Shown: positions 24,623 to 38,675 of the stretch, one piece after another
Layout of the letters: each line of letters begins with the position of its first letter
Position numbering within the stretch: position 1 is the stretch's first letter
DNA from: Octopus sinensis
Taxonomy: Eukaryota
Direction of reading: 5' to 3'
Assembly (NCBI RefSeq): GCF_006345805.1
Contig: NC_043021.1
Coordinates: 3,720,001 to 3,784,000 of the forward strand
Length of the DNA: 64,000 bases
Position numbers and translations under genes: made by a program
The notes under the pieces: model-generated
What the model was told of the DNA's origin: nothing
The model's database searches: none
What the model saw: the letters and a program-made list of their open reading frames with translations, nothing else

Positions 24623-26112
24623 TGTGTATATATATATATGTGTGTGTGTGTATATATATCTTTCTCTCTCTCTCTCTCAAATCCTTATCACAGAAAATAA
24701 ACAGTGCTAAATTGCAGCACATTTTGGTCACAACATAGGATACATCTCAGAAGCAAACAACAGATGCTGGAATCTACCATTCATCTACCTAGATATAAAT
24801 TTTGATTGAAATGCGACAAATATTATTTTTCTTCCAAATTCAAACATGTCTTTTCATTCAATATCATTTTTGGTTCAAACATTTCAGGTAAACTTTGGAC
24901 ATGTGGTACAACCGAATTTCCTTTACCGTCAAAATTTAGCTGCATTTTTTTTAAAGCAAATAAATTACAAGTAGCTCCAAGGCCCCCTTTTTCTAATGTG
25001 TATAGAAGCATTTGCGTCAACTTAACCAGTTGCTGTGAGCTTCTGCTAACCAGCTCCAGAAAATCCAGTTAGTTCCTTCGTACAAGAATGGGAAAAAAAG
25101 TTTGAACACTACTTTATTCTTCTTTATAAGAACTTTTGTACAATATACGGACTCCTCTGTAGCAACTGAACAGAACATGATTATGAACGTGTGACTGTTT
25201 TATTGCAACTCAGCAAAATACATCACTACAGTATATTCTTTCGTATACACCACACACAAAAACAAGTAATATTTATCATTTGTCCTACCATGCCAGATCT
25301 TGCCAAAAAAACGTGTATCTGTATGTTGTTGTATGACTTTTAAACATTCAGACTGAAGATTACATAAAACTTGTTCTTTCCAACTATTTTAGTTAATTGC
25401 ATTAAATTCTTTTGCTGGAAAGGTTTGTCTTTATTGTTCTGTAGCCTTGTATTATTTAATTTATCTGACATTGTTTTTACAGGTTATTTGGTCGGTGAGC
25501 TGGCAGAACCTTTAGCATGCCGGGCAAAATGCTGAGGGGTATTTCGTCCATTTTTACGTTCTGAGTTCAAATTCTGCTAAAGTCAACTTTGCCTTTTGTC
25601 CTTTTAGGGTTGGTAAAATAAGTACCAGTTGAACACTGGGGTCGATGCAATTGACTTACCCTCTTGTGCCAAAACTTGGAAACATTACTTTTACAGGTTA
25701 TTGGCAGCGAGCTGGCAGAGCTTATTAGCATGGTGTGTAAAATGCTTAGCAGCATTCCATCTGTTTTTTATGCTCTGAGTTCAAATTCTGATGAGGGTGA
25801 CTTTGCCTTTCATCCTTTTAGGGTTGGTAAAATATGTAATCAACTCACCTTTCCCCTCTAATTTGCTGGCCTTGTGTCAAGACTTGAAACCATTATTTTT
25901 ACTGGTTATGACACGACACTTGTGTTATCAGTCACCATTTAATTTTGGTCTCTTTGAATCCCAACAGAAAGTTGTTTCTTTCTTACCCATTTCAGCACAG
26001 CAACTTTAACCATCAATGATAATTTACCACTGGTAAATTTGCCTTGTTTTCAAACGGTCACTTACTGAATCAAAAGGGCCAATTTTAATAGGTGACTGTC
26101 AGAGCTGATTAA

Positions 26113-26333
26113 CCCTTTAGTGTTCAGATTACACTGTTAAATGTAATGCTTTTTTATTTAAATTGTTTTGAATTAATCAAGCATTATCTCATAGCTTTGA
26201 GGTTTCAATGATGTGATTGTTTATTTTTAGAATGTCAATGTAGGTTAGGTGTGAGAGGCTGGATATGGCAAGTTTGAATATGGAACATGTGAAATATATT
26301 GGGCCGGATTTGGCCACTTTAAACACTAAAGGG
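26113..26333. mobile_element. piggyBac-type MITE (TTAA TSD, CCCTTTAG termini)
   Basis: TTAA|CCCTTTAGTGTT...AACACTAAAGGG|TTAA. Related copies at 41782-42001, 42848-43068 and 56750-56982. Confidence 0.8.
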
Positions 26334-26547
26334 TTAAATAAATGCTAGTGTTCCTCTGGTGCTTGTTTTATCAACTTCAGTAGGATGAAAGATAAAGTTA
26401 ACCCTTTCAGGGTTTGAACTTAGAACATGGGAGAATGAAATTAAATTCTATAAAACAATTAGTCTAATTCCCTACCTTTTCTACTCATATACCAGAATTA
26501 ATTTTACGTTACGTTTTCTGGAAGTAAATCTCATACTTTCCACACAG

Positions 26548-26704
26548 TTTAATGACTATGAAAGAGCAGATTCATGAGAGACGGCTGAAGCGAGAGGCAA
26601 CGAAGGCAAGGTGTCGAGAAGAAAGGCTTAAACACAAAGCTATGTTGGTCGCTCATTTTGATCAGTGGATTAATCCAGAAAACCCTGAGTTGCGCCTATC
26701 TTCT
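26548..26704 (+). CDS. EFCAB5: EFCAB5 coding exon 2
   Basis: CACACAG acceptor and TCT|GTAAGT donor, phase 2 to 0. Reads LMTMKEQIHERRLKREATKARCREERLKHKAMLVAHFDQWINPENPELRLSS, comparable to human KQALQEQFDEW. Confidence 0.88.
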
Positions 26705-27917
26705 GTAAGTATTTCCATCTGATGGTCAAATGACTTTCAAAATTGTACTCTGGCCTAGCTTACTCCCTTATTTCTCCTCATTACTGCACTGAGAATGTGT
26801 GTGTGTGTGTTGGGATTATCTGCCACAGGCAACATATAGGACCATTGAGCTAAGTGCAGAACCAAGCTATTGATAGGCAAAGTGCAATACCAATACTCAG
26901 TGTAGGACATCAACATATTGAATTATCATTGATTTTTTTCTTTTTTTTTGGAAATTCTCTAATATTGATCACATTGTTGATTATCATCATCATCATCGTT
27001 TAACGTCCACTTTCCATGCTAGCATAGGTTGGGACGATTTTGACTGAGGGCTGGCAAACCAGATGGCCGCACCAGGCTCCAATCTTGATCTGGCAGAGTT
27101 TCTACAGATGGATGCCCTTCCTAACACCAACCACTCCGAGAGTGTAGTGAGTGCTTTTTACGTGCCACCAGCACGGGGGCCAGTCAGGCGGTACTGGCAA
27201 CGACCTTGCCCGAATCTTTTTACACATGCCACCAGCACAGGTGCCAGTAAGGCGATGTTGGTAATGATCACACTCATTTCTTTATATAAAAAGGAAAATA
27301 AAAATGCAAGATAAAGAACTTATTCATTTTGAAGTAGCTAATATAACAGTGTGGTAGTTTCTTATTATTGTACACTTTAAAAGACTGTAACTGACATTGA
27401 ACAGTCGCCCGAACGTAGCTAAGTTGTAGAAGCATACAAATTATCAATTTTACTTCCCACATTTCAATATACACAGTTGTTAGAAAGTACGTGGGTGTGC
27501 ATATATATATATATATCTTTATATATAAAGCTGAAGTTGTCCGTGTGTGTGTGTGGCAGGTTTGGTAGCCTTCAACTAACACTATCTCCTCCGAGTCCCT
27601 GTGGTGCAAGTTGACCAAAATTGAGAGTTTGATAGAAGAAGGCTTGCTCTTCATTCCGTAGAAGAAAAAATTCAAATCGGACCATGTTAAAACCAAAAAT
27701 TATTTACATCAAAAAGGTGCTTTTTTACTATGAAAATCCCTATTTTTTTACGATTTTTTGACTGCTGTGTCACCATTTTTTGTTGTATTTCAACCAGAAA
27801 AATGTTCACTTAAAGAGAATAACAAGGTACATAATGCAAAATTTTTACTTTTCAAAAATTCCAATTCTAAAGGGTCAAAAAGAAAATAAACCCAAGCAAC
27901 GCCGGGCTATACTGCTA

Positions 27918-27963
<46 letters not shown>

Positions 27964-29240
27964 CAAAGTGCACAGTATTATATATCCATTATGGCCAATC
28001 TTACTGATCAGTTTCACACCAGGTGTTCAACAGAGTGTCAGGTAGCAGTCCAATTATGTAACCCTACGCTTTTCAGACATGGAAATAATGGAATGAAATA
28101 TGGTGACAGCTCGCTTGTTGAAGGTGAGAAGTAGAACACCCATTCTACTGACAATTATACGAGTGCATTTTTTCTGGTTTATGGATTCTTAGATGGCTAT
28201 ATACTCTTTACTCTCTCTTTTACTTGTTTCAGTCATTTGACTGCGGCCATGCTGGAGCACCGCCTTTAGTCGAGCAAATCGACCCCGGGACTTATTCTTT
28301 GTAAGCCCAGTACTTATTCTATCGGTCTCTTTTGCCGAACCGCTCAGTGACGGGGATGTAAACACACCAGCATCGGTTGTCAAGCAATGCTATGGGGGAC
28401 AAACACAGACACACAACCACACGCATACGCATATATATATATATATACACATATACGACAGGCTTCTTTCAGTTTCCGTCTACCAAATCCACTCACAAGG
28501 CATTGGTCGGCCCGGGGCTATAGCAGAAGATACTTGCCCAAGATGCCACACAGTGGGATTGAACCCGGAACCATGTGGTTCCGGCTACTTACCACACAGC
28601 CACTCCTGCGCCTATATATATATACAATATTAAGGATTCAGGAAAGAATTAGGTACTTAAATGACAGGTACCAGGTTGACTTAAATTAACCTGTAAACAC
28701 CACCATTAGTCAAATAAATGTATTGGGTACTGAAGTGCATCCAGTGAAATATTCAGGTTGTGCATCCAGAGCATTTAACCCTTATGAGTATTTGACACCT
28801 AGGGGCTAGTTCAAAGCACACATAATGATCACAAGGTGTTTGATATATTCCAGAATATCCAATGGGTTGGGAACCCCTTATGGTGTATTATAAGCAAATA
28901 AATAAATAACAAACAATAGATAAATGTCAGTTCATTACAGCTGTTTCTAACACATTTTTTAAAAGATGAATGAGTACATAACAGCATAACAATTAAACCA
29001 TTTTCATCAGATGATACATAAAATTTCAAACAATAGAAGAATAATCCATGAATCCAGTGGGAACACACCTTGTTGCCAGCCAAGGTTGACCTTGAATGAG
29101 AGAAACAAACATTGGCAATAATGACCATTAAAAGAGCTAGAAATACATTGATAGGTTTAGTACTCATTCATCTATTAAAAAATGTGTTAGAAACAGCTGT
29201 AATGAACTGATATTTTTCTATTGTTTGTTATTTATTTATT

Positions 29241-29289
<49 letters not shown>

Positions 29290-29589
29290 TAAGTAAGGCA
29301 CAGAAGTGGCTGTGTGGTAAGAAGCTTACTTCCCAACCACATAGTTCCAAGTTCAGTCCGACTGCGTGGTACCTTGGGCAAGTGTCTTCTACTATAACCT
29401 TGGGCTGACCAAAGCCATGGGAGTGGATTTGGTAGACAGAAACTGTAAGAAGCCTGTCGTATGCAGAAACTGTAAGGAGCCCGTCGTATGCAGAAACTGT
29501 AAGGAGCCCATCGTGTACATCATTATAAAAGCTTAGTGTGTCTTTTTGCTTCAGACTAAATAAATTCAGATTTATGAATTAGATAATGA

Positions 29590-30680
29590 TTATAGACCAA
29601 AATACAATCATAACCCTACACAAAAGAGGTGAAAGGAATACAGCTATAGCAAAAAACTTAAGATTAACTAAACAATAGTCTGGAAAATTGTTGAGAAATT
29701 TCAAGAGACTGGTTTCACTTCTGATTGACCTGGACATGGCCAAAATTGAAGTGTATGGACCCCTCAGCTTACCAAAACTACCAGAGAAAAGGTACAGTGA
29801 AATCTTCATTGTTCTGTCAGAAAACTGGCTGCCACAGCAAAATTAAGCTGAACATCGATGTATCAAGTGCTGAAGGAGGATCTTAGGACCCACCCCTACA
29901 AAATGATCTGCCGTCATGAGCTCGCACAAGTTTATGAGACTGGAGAGAAGTTGTTTTATCCTGTGTCAGGTTGCTGAAGGCACACTGCCCAACTTGGTGT
30001 TTGTTGATGAAAAGAATTTTGACATCAAACAGATAGTAAACCATCAGAATGACTGGCTTTGGAGTGTATCTGGCTCTGTTGAAGGTAGACTTGTAAATTG
30101 ATTCCAAATCCAGTCAGTTATAGTTTGGGCAGGTGTGGCAGCCACTGGAAGGTCTCCCTTCATTTTTGTACCCTTGGGTGTTAAAATTAACACCTAGCGA
30201 TACATAGCAACATTCTGGAAACTGAACTGCTTCGATGGGCAAATGAGCACTTTCAAGGTGCACCTTGGAGCCTCCAACAGGACTTGGCACCATCCCACAG
30301 TTCCAAACAGACACACCACTGGGTTAAGAAAATCATTGTTTCGTTCATAGGCAAGGATGTATGGCCTTCAAAAAACTTTGATCTCAACCTGTTGGATTTT
30401 TCTGTTTGGTCCATTTGAGGGTCTTGAGCACACCTCATGCTTCGCTTGACGCTCTGAAGACAAAACTGCACCTGTTTTGTGCCATGCTTGAATCATTCAC
30501 ACCTAAACTTAAGGCTGTGATTTGAAACAGAGGTGCTCATATCGAATAAATGTGGTGGTGTCATAATTGTGTTTCCTTTAGCATTGCATTGCAATGCTCA
30601 GACCCAGAATATAACAATATTTTACTTTGGCAAACTTGAAAAAAGCTGGCTGCCTTAATTTTCAAACACTTTGTGTATGT
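29590..30680 (+). mobile_element. Degenerate Tc1/mariner transposase, DD37D (maT) type
   Basis: HTH-like N-terminus (IITLHKRGE...), then VFVDEKNF, SVIVWAGV and SLQQDLAPSH...WPSKNFDLNLLD with 37 residues between the last two Asp. Ends RGAHIE*; contains stops and frameshifts. Confidence 0.85.
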
Positions 30681-33600
30681 GTGTGTATTCATTTGTATGT
30701 GTTTTCACATCAAAAGACAAGCAAATTATTCCTTGTCCATGGCTCCTGTCTGAGTAAAATCAAAAAGGCTTAACCCAATTAGCAGTAATTTTTCCCTATT
30801 ATTTTACAATTTGTAATCAATGGCATTCATCCATAATTACAGGTTTCCAGTTAAGGCAATCACAAGTTCGTTATCTTTCTAATGACAAGAGTAATAAGTG
30901 AGTGTTTGCAACTGGCTGCAAAAAAATTTTGTGTGAGGAAAATAAGTTTGTCCTGAAATGTTACATTCTCTACAGATATACATTAGCAAAGGACGCACAC
31001 ACACACACTCACACACATACACGTATGCACAAAACACATACACGTGTGCATGCAAACATGCATATGCAGCATGCAAATACTCACATGCACATATCTTCTA
31101 CTTGTTCCAGTCATTAGATTGTGGCCATGCTGGGGCACTGCTCATTTAAGTCAAATGAATCAACTCTAGAACTTTTTGCGAGCCTGATACTTATTCTATC
31201 AATCTCTATTACCAAACTGCTAAGTCATAGGGATGTAAACAAATCAACACTGGTTGTCAAGTGGTGGTGGTGAACAACACACACACAGACACACACATAT
31301 ATGCACAAAACGCATACACGTGTACATGCAAACATGCATATGCATGCAAATACATGCACATATCTTCTACTTGTTCCGGTCATTAGATTGTGGCCATGTA
31401 CTACTCTCTTTTGCCAGCTGAGTGGACTGGAGCAACATGAAATAAAGTGTCTTGCTGAAGGACGCAGTGCACCGCTGAGAATCAAATTCGTGACTTTATG
31501 ATCATAAAGCTGAACTCCTTAACCACTAAGCCATGCACCTTCACTTGCCTGGGAAATATGTCCTGTGTATCATGCAATTACACAGGACAGGTAAAGAGTT
31601 AAGATGCTGTGCTAGAAAAGACCTGAATAACTCATGGCAAAATCATTGTAAGATGTTGATAGTGATGATAGATGCAAATTTATCTTTCAACCTGAGCTTT
31701 AACCCGGCTGAAACCACCTCTGGCTCTGTAGTACAAATGTCTTGTTTTCATAAGTTTTGCATCAAAATCTTCCACCAAACCTTAGTCACAATTTATGTGC
31801 CTAACACTAAGCTTAATGATAACTAGAGTCATTTTACTAAATTCTTTGTTATATTTTAAATAACTGAAAGAAACACAGAGCATCTCAACAGAAGTTTGGT
31901 AACAAAATGGTTAATGGAAGATGCTTGCCAAAGTGTTTGCAAGATTTTAAATTTTAGGTTCATGCAATTCTGAGGACACGCAATTGAACATAGGTGCAGG
32001 TTCTGGGTTCAGTCCCACTGCATGGCACCTTGTGCAAGTGTCTTCTGCTATAGGCTCGGGCTGACCAAAGCCTTGTGAGTGGATTTTGGTAGACAGAAAC
32101 TGAAAAAAGCCTGCCTGTTGTGTGTGTGGGTATATATATATATATGCGTATGTGTGTATATATTTGTTGTGTGGGTGTATAGATATGTGTATGTGTATAT
32201 ATATGTATGTGTGTGTATATGTATGTGTGTGGGTGTATATATATGCGTATGTGTATATATGTGTGTGTGTGTATATATGTATGTGTCTGTCTATTTTATT
32301 GTGTCTGTGTTTGTCCCCATAACTTAGCAGTTTGGCAAAAAGAGGCTGATAGAATAAGTACCAGACTTAACAAAAAAATATAGTACCGGGGTTGATTCAT
32401 TTGACTAAAAATTCTTCAAGACAGTGCCCCAGCATGGCCACAGTCTGATGAGTGAAACAAGTAAAAAGATTTGTAAAAAAATGACGATAATCATCATCAT
32501 CACTTAGCATCCATTTTTCCTGCTGGCCTTGGTTGGAAGGTCCAACAGGAACTGATGTGTTTGAGAATGGTGCTGAGGTCCATTGTTTGCTTTTACATGA
32601 TTTCTGCTGCTAGATGTCCTTCCTAATGCCAACCACTATAGAGTGCACTGGGTACCTTTTTTCTGTAGCACTGGCCCTAGTGCAACCAACCACCAAGTAA
32701 CTCACAAGGCAAGATCTCTCAACCAAGAAGGGGTATAGTATTGAGAGGGACAAAAGTATGATAGAGAGAGGGGAACATATGTCTTGCTAAAAAGCAGGGA
32801 CATAGTTTCCCCTGCTGGGAGAAAGAGAAATATGATGGAGGCATAACATCAAGGTCTAAGGTGAATATAAGAGAGAATAGAGATATATCTATTACTAAAC
32901 ACTGAGCACTGTATACAATAATTTCATTATTATTATCTAACCGGCATTCTGTTGGTTTTGCTGACATCAGTTCCAGTTGATCTGATCAACAACCTGCTTG
33001 TGAAATTAACATGCAAGTGGCTGAGCACTCCACAGACACATGTGCTCTTAATGTAGTTCTCAGAGAGATTCAGGGTGACACAGAATGTGACAAGGCTGGC
33101 CCTTTGAATTACAGGTACAACTCATGCTGGGTGGACTGGAGCAATGTTAAATAAAGTAATAAAGTGTCTTGCTCAAGGACACAATGTGATACCATGTGTT
33201 GAACTAACGACCTTATGATCTTGAGCCGAATTCCCTGACCACTTGGTCACATGCTTTGATTGGCATACTTGTACTAGGTGAAGGTATGATTTAGTGATTA
33301 GTCATTTTGGCTCAGTCTTACTGCAGACCCTTGGACAAGGCAGTTATCTTTTATTGTAGTGCTGGACCAGCCAATTTCTTGTGAGTGAATTTGTGGGTGG
33401 AAACTGTATGCAGACTACCCCCCACTGCCCGCACATGTGTGTGAATATTTGCATCCTGCATGTTTCACATGTATAAGCACTAAGCTACACAAGCTGTGGA
33501 GATTGTCGTCGTTTTCCAGTCAACAAATCATCTTTTGGCTCTGTGCTTTCGAAGGCATGGAATGAGAAATGTCTTATTTGTAAAATAGTTAAAGGTAAAA

Positions 33601-34065
33601 TTTAGTAGCAGTTTAGGCATCCAGCTGTGAAACACTGCTTCCATTAACCAGCTAGCCATTACTAGCGTGAAAGAAATGAGCTGTAATAACACTGTGTAAC
33701 AAAGATTTTATTTTTTATTTGTCTCTGGTCAGTAAGTGTTATTTCTTATCTGCTTCTCTCTAGAAATCAAAGGAAATGACTTCTATTCCCTTCAAACTTT
33801 GCTTTTCTGACCTGGACATCAATGTTTTAAAACTGACCTATTTTCCATCACATTTCAGACAATATGTGTGCATCTCTGATGATGAGCAGGAGTAGTGGGG
33901 GAGCATCATAGCCATGTGTTGAGAGGGATTATTTGGGGTTTGAATGGATGTAAGAAAAGCAAAGTTTGAAGGAAATATTAGCCATTTTTTAAATACTTTC
34001 TAAGAGTATGCAAATAGGAAATAGCACTTTCTACCCAAGGACAACAATTGTGTCATAAAGTGTCA

Positions 34066-34301
34066 TTTAGGTTGGTGTATGCTGGCATAATCCTTGCCTT
34101 CAGTTCATCTTTGGTGTTACAAGGAGTTTTGTTGGTCTCTTGCTCAACTGCATTCCACACATGATAATCAAAAGAGGTGCAGTCTGGAGAGTTAGGTGGC
34201 CAGATTTTAGGGGTGATGGGGTTGCAGAAATTATCGAACAGCCACGACTGGGTTCTCATGCTTGTGTGATATGGTGCAGAGTCCTGTTGTCAGATATAGA
34301 G
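34066..34301 (-). mobile_element. DD37D mariner fragment, inverted copy of 36087-36324
   Basis: QQDSAP.HTS.RTQSWLFDNF...WPPNSPDCTSFD...NTKDELKARIM on the minus strand. Confidence 0.85.
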
Positions 34302-34417
34302 ATATAAGTGAGTATATTTGTATATTTGTAACTGCTTATTATTATATACCTGTATTACTTCATATACAAAAAGTTACATAATCTAACAAACAAGTTTGTA
34401 TAAATTTTATGTTTAAG

Positions 34418-34543
34418 GTTGTGAAAGCTTTAAATACCCTTGACGAGATGATATCTGAGCCTATAGACGAATATGAATCAATGTTAAAAGATTTTAAAAT
34501 AATCGAAGCAGACAAGACATTTGATGAAGAGAGTTTCTCCGAG
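34418..34543 (+). CDS. EFCAB5: EFCAB5 coding exon 3
   Basis: TTTAAG acceptor and GAG|GTACTT donor, 126 nt, phase 0-0, open frame VVKALNTLDEMISEPIDEYESMLKDFKIIEADKTFDEESFSE. It fills the expected gap between exons 2 and 4. Confidence 0.78.
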
Positions 34544-34639
34544 GTACTTCTAAACTTTATTGATATTTGAAAAAAAAAAATTGATCTGGATATTTTTTCC
34601 CCTTTTCATGACTGACTTAACTCTCTGTCTGTCTGTCTT

Positions 34640-35235
34640 GTCTCTCTGTCTCTCATCATCATCATTATCATCATCATCATCATCACTGTTCGACTGTGGT
34701 CGAGACAATGGAATTTACCATGCTATGCCAGACTTCACGGTCCATCATGGCATTACGGAGGTCCTGTTGCTGGATGCCTGTATCCCTGGAGATTACATCA
34801 GGGTAGGAGAGTGTGCACCCTCTGGTATTGCGAGTAGATGGCTCTCTCATCATCATCATTATCATCATCATCATCATCACTGTTCGACTGTGGTCGAGAC
34901 AATGGAATTTACCATGCTATGCCAGACTTCACGGTCCATCATGGCATTACGGAGGTCCTGTTGCTGGATGCCTGTATCCCTGGAGATTACATCAGGGTAG
35001 GAGAGTGTGCACCCTCTGGTATTGCGAGTAGATGGCTCTCTCATCATCATCATTATCATCATCATCATCATCATTGTTCGACCGTGGTCGAGACAATGGA
35101 ATTTACCATGCTACGCCAGACTTCACGGTCCATCATGGCATTACGGAGGTCCTGTTGCTAGATGCCTGTATCCCTGGAGATTACATCAAAGTAGGAGAGT
35201 GTGTGCCGTCTGGCATTGCGAGCAGATGGCTTCCA
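34640..35235 (-). mobile_element. Three tandem 194-bp copies of an RTE-type LINE 3' end with (TGA)n tails
   Basis: SYPDVISRDTGIQQQDLRNAMMDREVW, an RTE-like ORF2 C-terminus. Copies 1 and 2 are identical; copy 3 is diverged. Confidence 0.8.
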
Positions 35236-35475
35236 GAGGAGAAGAGTAGAAATTACTTCTTTTTCATGCTGGCATGGGTTGGACAGTGTGACCAGACCTG
35301 GAAAACTGGGGGTGGGGGCTGCACCAGACTCCAGTCTGATTTGGCATGGTTTCTATGGCTGGATGCCCTGGCATTAGGAAGGGCATCCAGTGTGGCGTTG
35401 AGCACATCATCATGCATCTCTTGGAATGGCCGATTACGGTCACTATTCATTCTCTTTTCCATTCTGTTCTTTCAG

Positions 35476-35628
35476 TTTTTGCTGGACTACCTGGACCATA
35501 GCCCGGTGACATTTGACACCCTGTTGGAACACCTGAACAAGAGTGCAGAAGCAAACCTGGACTTAATAAATGATGAACAAGAGAGGAAAGTTTTGCTGGA
35601 TTTATTCACGATCTGCGATGACAGCATG
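35476..35628 (+). CDS. EFCAB5: EFCAB5 coding exon 4
   Basis: TTCTTTCAG acceptor and ATG|GTAAGT donor, 153 nt, phase 0-0. FLLDYLDHSPVTFDTLLEHLNKSAEANLDLINDEQERKVLLDLFTICDDSM resembles human FEELLKHLCHSA...RRQMFAELFLHCD. Confidence 0.9.
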
Positions 35629-35634
35629 GTAAGT

Positions 35635-35912
35635 AACACCCCCACCACCACCATCACCACCACCACAATCACCACCACCACCACCACAATCACCACCACC
35701 ATCACCACCACCACCACCACCCCCACTACCATCACCACCACCATTACCACCACCACCACCACCACCATCACCACCACCACCACCATCACCATCATCATCA
35801 TCACCACCACCACCACCACTACCATCACCACCACCACCACCATCACCACTACCACTACCATCACCACCACCACCATCATCATCACCACCATCACCACCAC
35901 CACCATCATCGT
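35635..35912. repeat. (CAC/ACC/CAT)n trinucleotide tract immediately after the exon 4 donor
   Basis: Seen directly; it gives spurious poly-T, poly-V and poly-G ORFs. Confidence 0.95.
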
Positions 35913-36039
35913 CATTTAATGTCCATGTTCCATGTTGGCATAAGTTGGACAGTTTGACAGGATTTGATGAGTTGAAGGACTGCATTGTGCTCTATTGTCT
36001 GCTTTGGCAATGGATCCTACACCTGGATGCCCAGTGCCA

Positions 36040-36535
36040 ACCACTTTACAGCATGTACTTGGTCAAGAGGGGTGGTTGCTGGAAGACTCTGTATCTGACA
36101 ACAGGACTCTGCACCATGTCACACAAGCAGGAGAACCCAGTCATGGCTGTTCGATAATTTCTGCAACCACATAACCCCTAACATCTGGCCACCTAACTCT
36201 CCAGACTGCACCTCTTTTGATTATTATGTGTGGGGGATGCAGTTGAGCGAGAGACCAACAAAACTCCTTGTAACACCAAAGATGAACTGAAGGCAAGGAT
36301 TATGGCAGCATACACCAACCTAAACAAGAAGACTGTCTAAAAGAGTTGCAGGAGATTCCATAGTCATCTGGAGTCTATAGTTGAAGCCAATGGCGATTTT
36401 TATTGAATAGATTAACTTTTTAGTATTTCAAGATATTTTTATGTAATTTTAGTTAATATATCTGTTAAAATGAGATGTGAGTGTTATTTTCATTTTTGCA
36501 TAATTTAGATGACAATATATTCACTGCATCCCTCT
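36040..36535 (+). mobile_element. DD37D mariner 3' half
   Basis: QQDSAPCHTSRRTQSWLFDNFCNHITPNIWPPNSPDCTSFD (D37D spacing), ending EANGDFIE*. Confidence 0.85.
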
Positions 36536-36663
36536 CAATCTCTCTCAATATATATATATATATATATATGGGGAAAGTTTATGAAAAAAACAAAAGACGA
36601 AGACAGGTGGTGTACAAAACAAACAGATGTATTAGTATAACGCTCAGGAATAGAAAAAGTATT

Positions 36664-36709
<46 letters not shown>

Positions 36710-38547
36710 CAGGCATATTTCAGTTTCTGTCTGCCAGATCCACTCACAAGGCTTTTGATCAACCTAGAGCTATTGTGGAAGACTTTTGCCCCAAGGTGCC
36801 ACATAGTTGAACTAAACGCAAATCCATGATTGGAAAGCAAACTTCTTTCCACACAGCCATAGTTACAAAAAAAAAAAAAATTTCTTTAGTGTCCTTCAGA
36901 CTTGATGGGTTATAAAGTATTTAAAACATAAACATTGTTTTTATTGATTAGCTCCAAGCAAGTCAGTCCTGATTGAACAGATCAATGATCAATTATGTTC
37001 TAGTTATGATCACATGTCTTTTCATTCCTACAGATCATCTCTGATTATGTTATCAATGTAACTCCTTTTTTTCTTATTTTTGTGTTGCACTTGTGATCTT
37101 TAGATCTTGGTTTCGATTTCCAGACTGGGTAGTGTATTATTATGTTCTTGGGCCAAACAATTCAATCCATGTTATTCCAGTCCAAGCAACTGTAAACGAG
37201 TTTCCTTGTGATGTTCTGGTGTCTTGTCCGAGAGAAATGTTGTAATTTTGTCATTTATACATCATAGAAACCGGGTAACTGGCCTGATGTTGCCTAGGGT
37301 TCAAAACAGCTACCAACCTAAGATAAGATTTTTCTTTTAAAAGTTAAGATTTTTTGTAACTGTCTCATCAGTTATGATGATAAGGGTTCCACTTGGTCTG
37401 ATCAGTGGAAGAACCTACCTGTGGAATTAACGTGCAAGTGACTGAGCACTCCACAGACACGTGTACCCTTAACGCAGTTCTCGGGGAGATTCGGCATGAC
37501 AAGAGTGTGACAAGGTTGGCCCCTTTGAAATACAAGTATAACTCATTTTTGCCAGCTGAGTGGACAGGGGCAACATGAAATAAAGTGTCTTGCTCAAATA
37601 CACAACGCATCACCAGGTATTGAACTCCTGACCTTACGATCATGAGCTGAAGGACCTAACCACTAAGCCACATGTCTACTATTACTACTAATATTCTGTT
37701 TTTAAGACAGTAGGGTGTGAGGATCTGGAGGAGATTTGGTTGCTATTTCTAGCAAGTCAAATGACCGCATAATGACTTCATTATTGATTCATGGGAAAAA
37801 AAAAAGAAAAACAAAAAGGAAAGAAGAGCCCTATATAATGTATATGATTATAGTAAGGGAAATGATAAAACTTCTGTGTATATACAGATGCAGGCATAGC
37901 TGTGTGGGAAGGAGTTTGCATCCCAACTTGTGTGGCACTTTGGGTAAGTGTCTTCTACTATGGCCTCGGGCCGATCAAAGCTTTGTCAGTGGATCTGGTA
38001 GACATATATGTATGTGTGTGTATTTATCCCCCACTATCATTTAACAACTGGTGTTAGTGTGTTTACATCCTCATAAAGTACCAGGCTTAAAAAAAAAGTC
38101 TTATCTTGAGCAAGTGTCTTCTGCTATAGCCCCGGGCCGACCAATACCTTGCGAGTGGATTTGGTAGATGGAAACTGAAAGAAGCCTGTCGTGTATATGT
38201 ATATGTATGTGTGTGTGTGTGTTTGTGTTTGTCCCCCTAGCATTGCTTGACAACCGATGCTGGTGTGTTTACATCCCCGTCACTTAGCGGTTCGGCAAAA
38301 GAGACCGATAGAATAAGTACTGGGCTTACAAAGAATAAGTCCCGGGGTCGATTTGCTCGACTAAAGGCGGTGCTCCAGCATGGCCGCAGTCAAATGACTG
38401 AAACAAGTAAAAGAGTAAAAGAGGGTTGTTTTGTTTGACCCAAATCCTTCAAGGTGGTGCCCCAGCATGGCCGCAGTATAATGACTGAAACAAATAAAAG
38501 ATAAAATATGCATTAAATTGCAAACATTGTTCTTTATCCTGTTTTAG

Positions 38548-38647
38548 GTTGGCTCATTAGATCGGCTTCAAGTTCTTAGTATCCTGGAAGAATTTTGGTT
38601 ATTGTGCCCAGACAAAATGAGACAAGATTTAAACAATCCAACCATAT
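38548..38647 (+). CDS. EFCAB5: EFCAB5 coding exon 5 (second half of an EF-hand-like motif)
   Basis: GTTTTAG acceptor and T|GTGAGT donor, phase 0 to 1. VGSLDRLQVLSILEEFWLLCPDKMRQDLNNPTI resembles human VGFLDRQRTLALLELFY...LLRNP. Confidence 0.9.
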
Positions 38648-38675
38648 GTGAGTTTATTCTATTTCTTATCTGAGT

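Noticed and set aside
35032-35985. 295-aa and other long ORFs
   Set aside because: They are chimeras of RTE tail, the real exon 4 and the (CAC)n tract; only 35476-35628 is coding.
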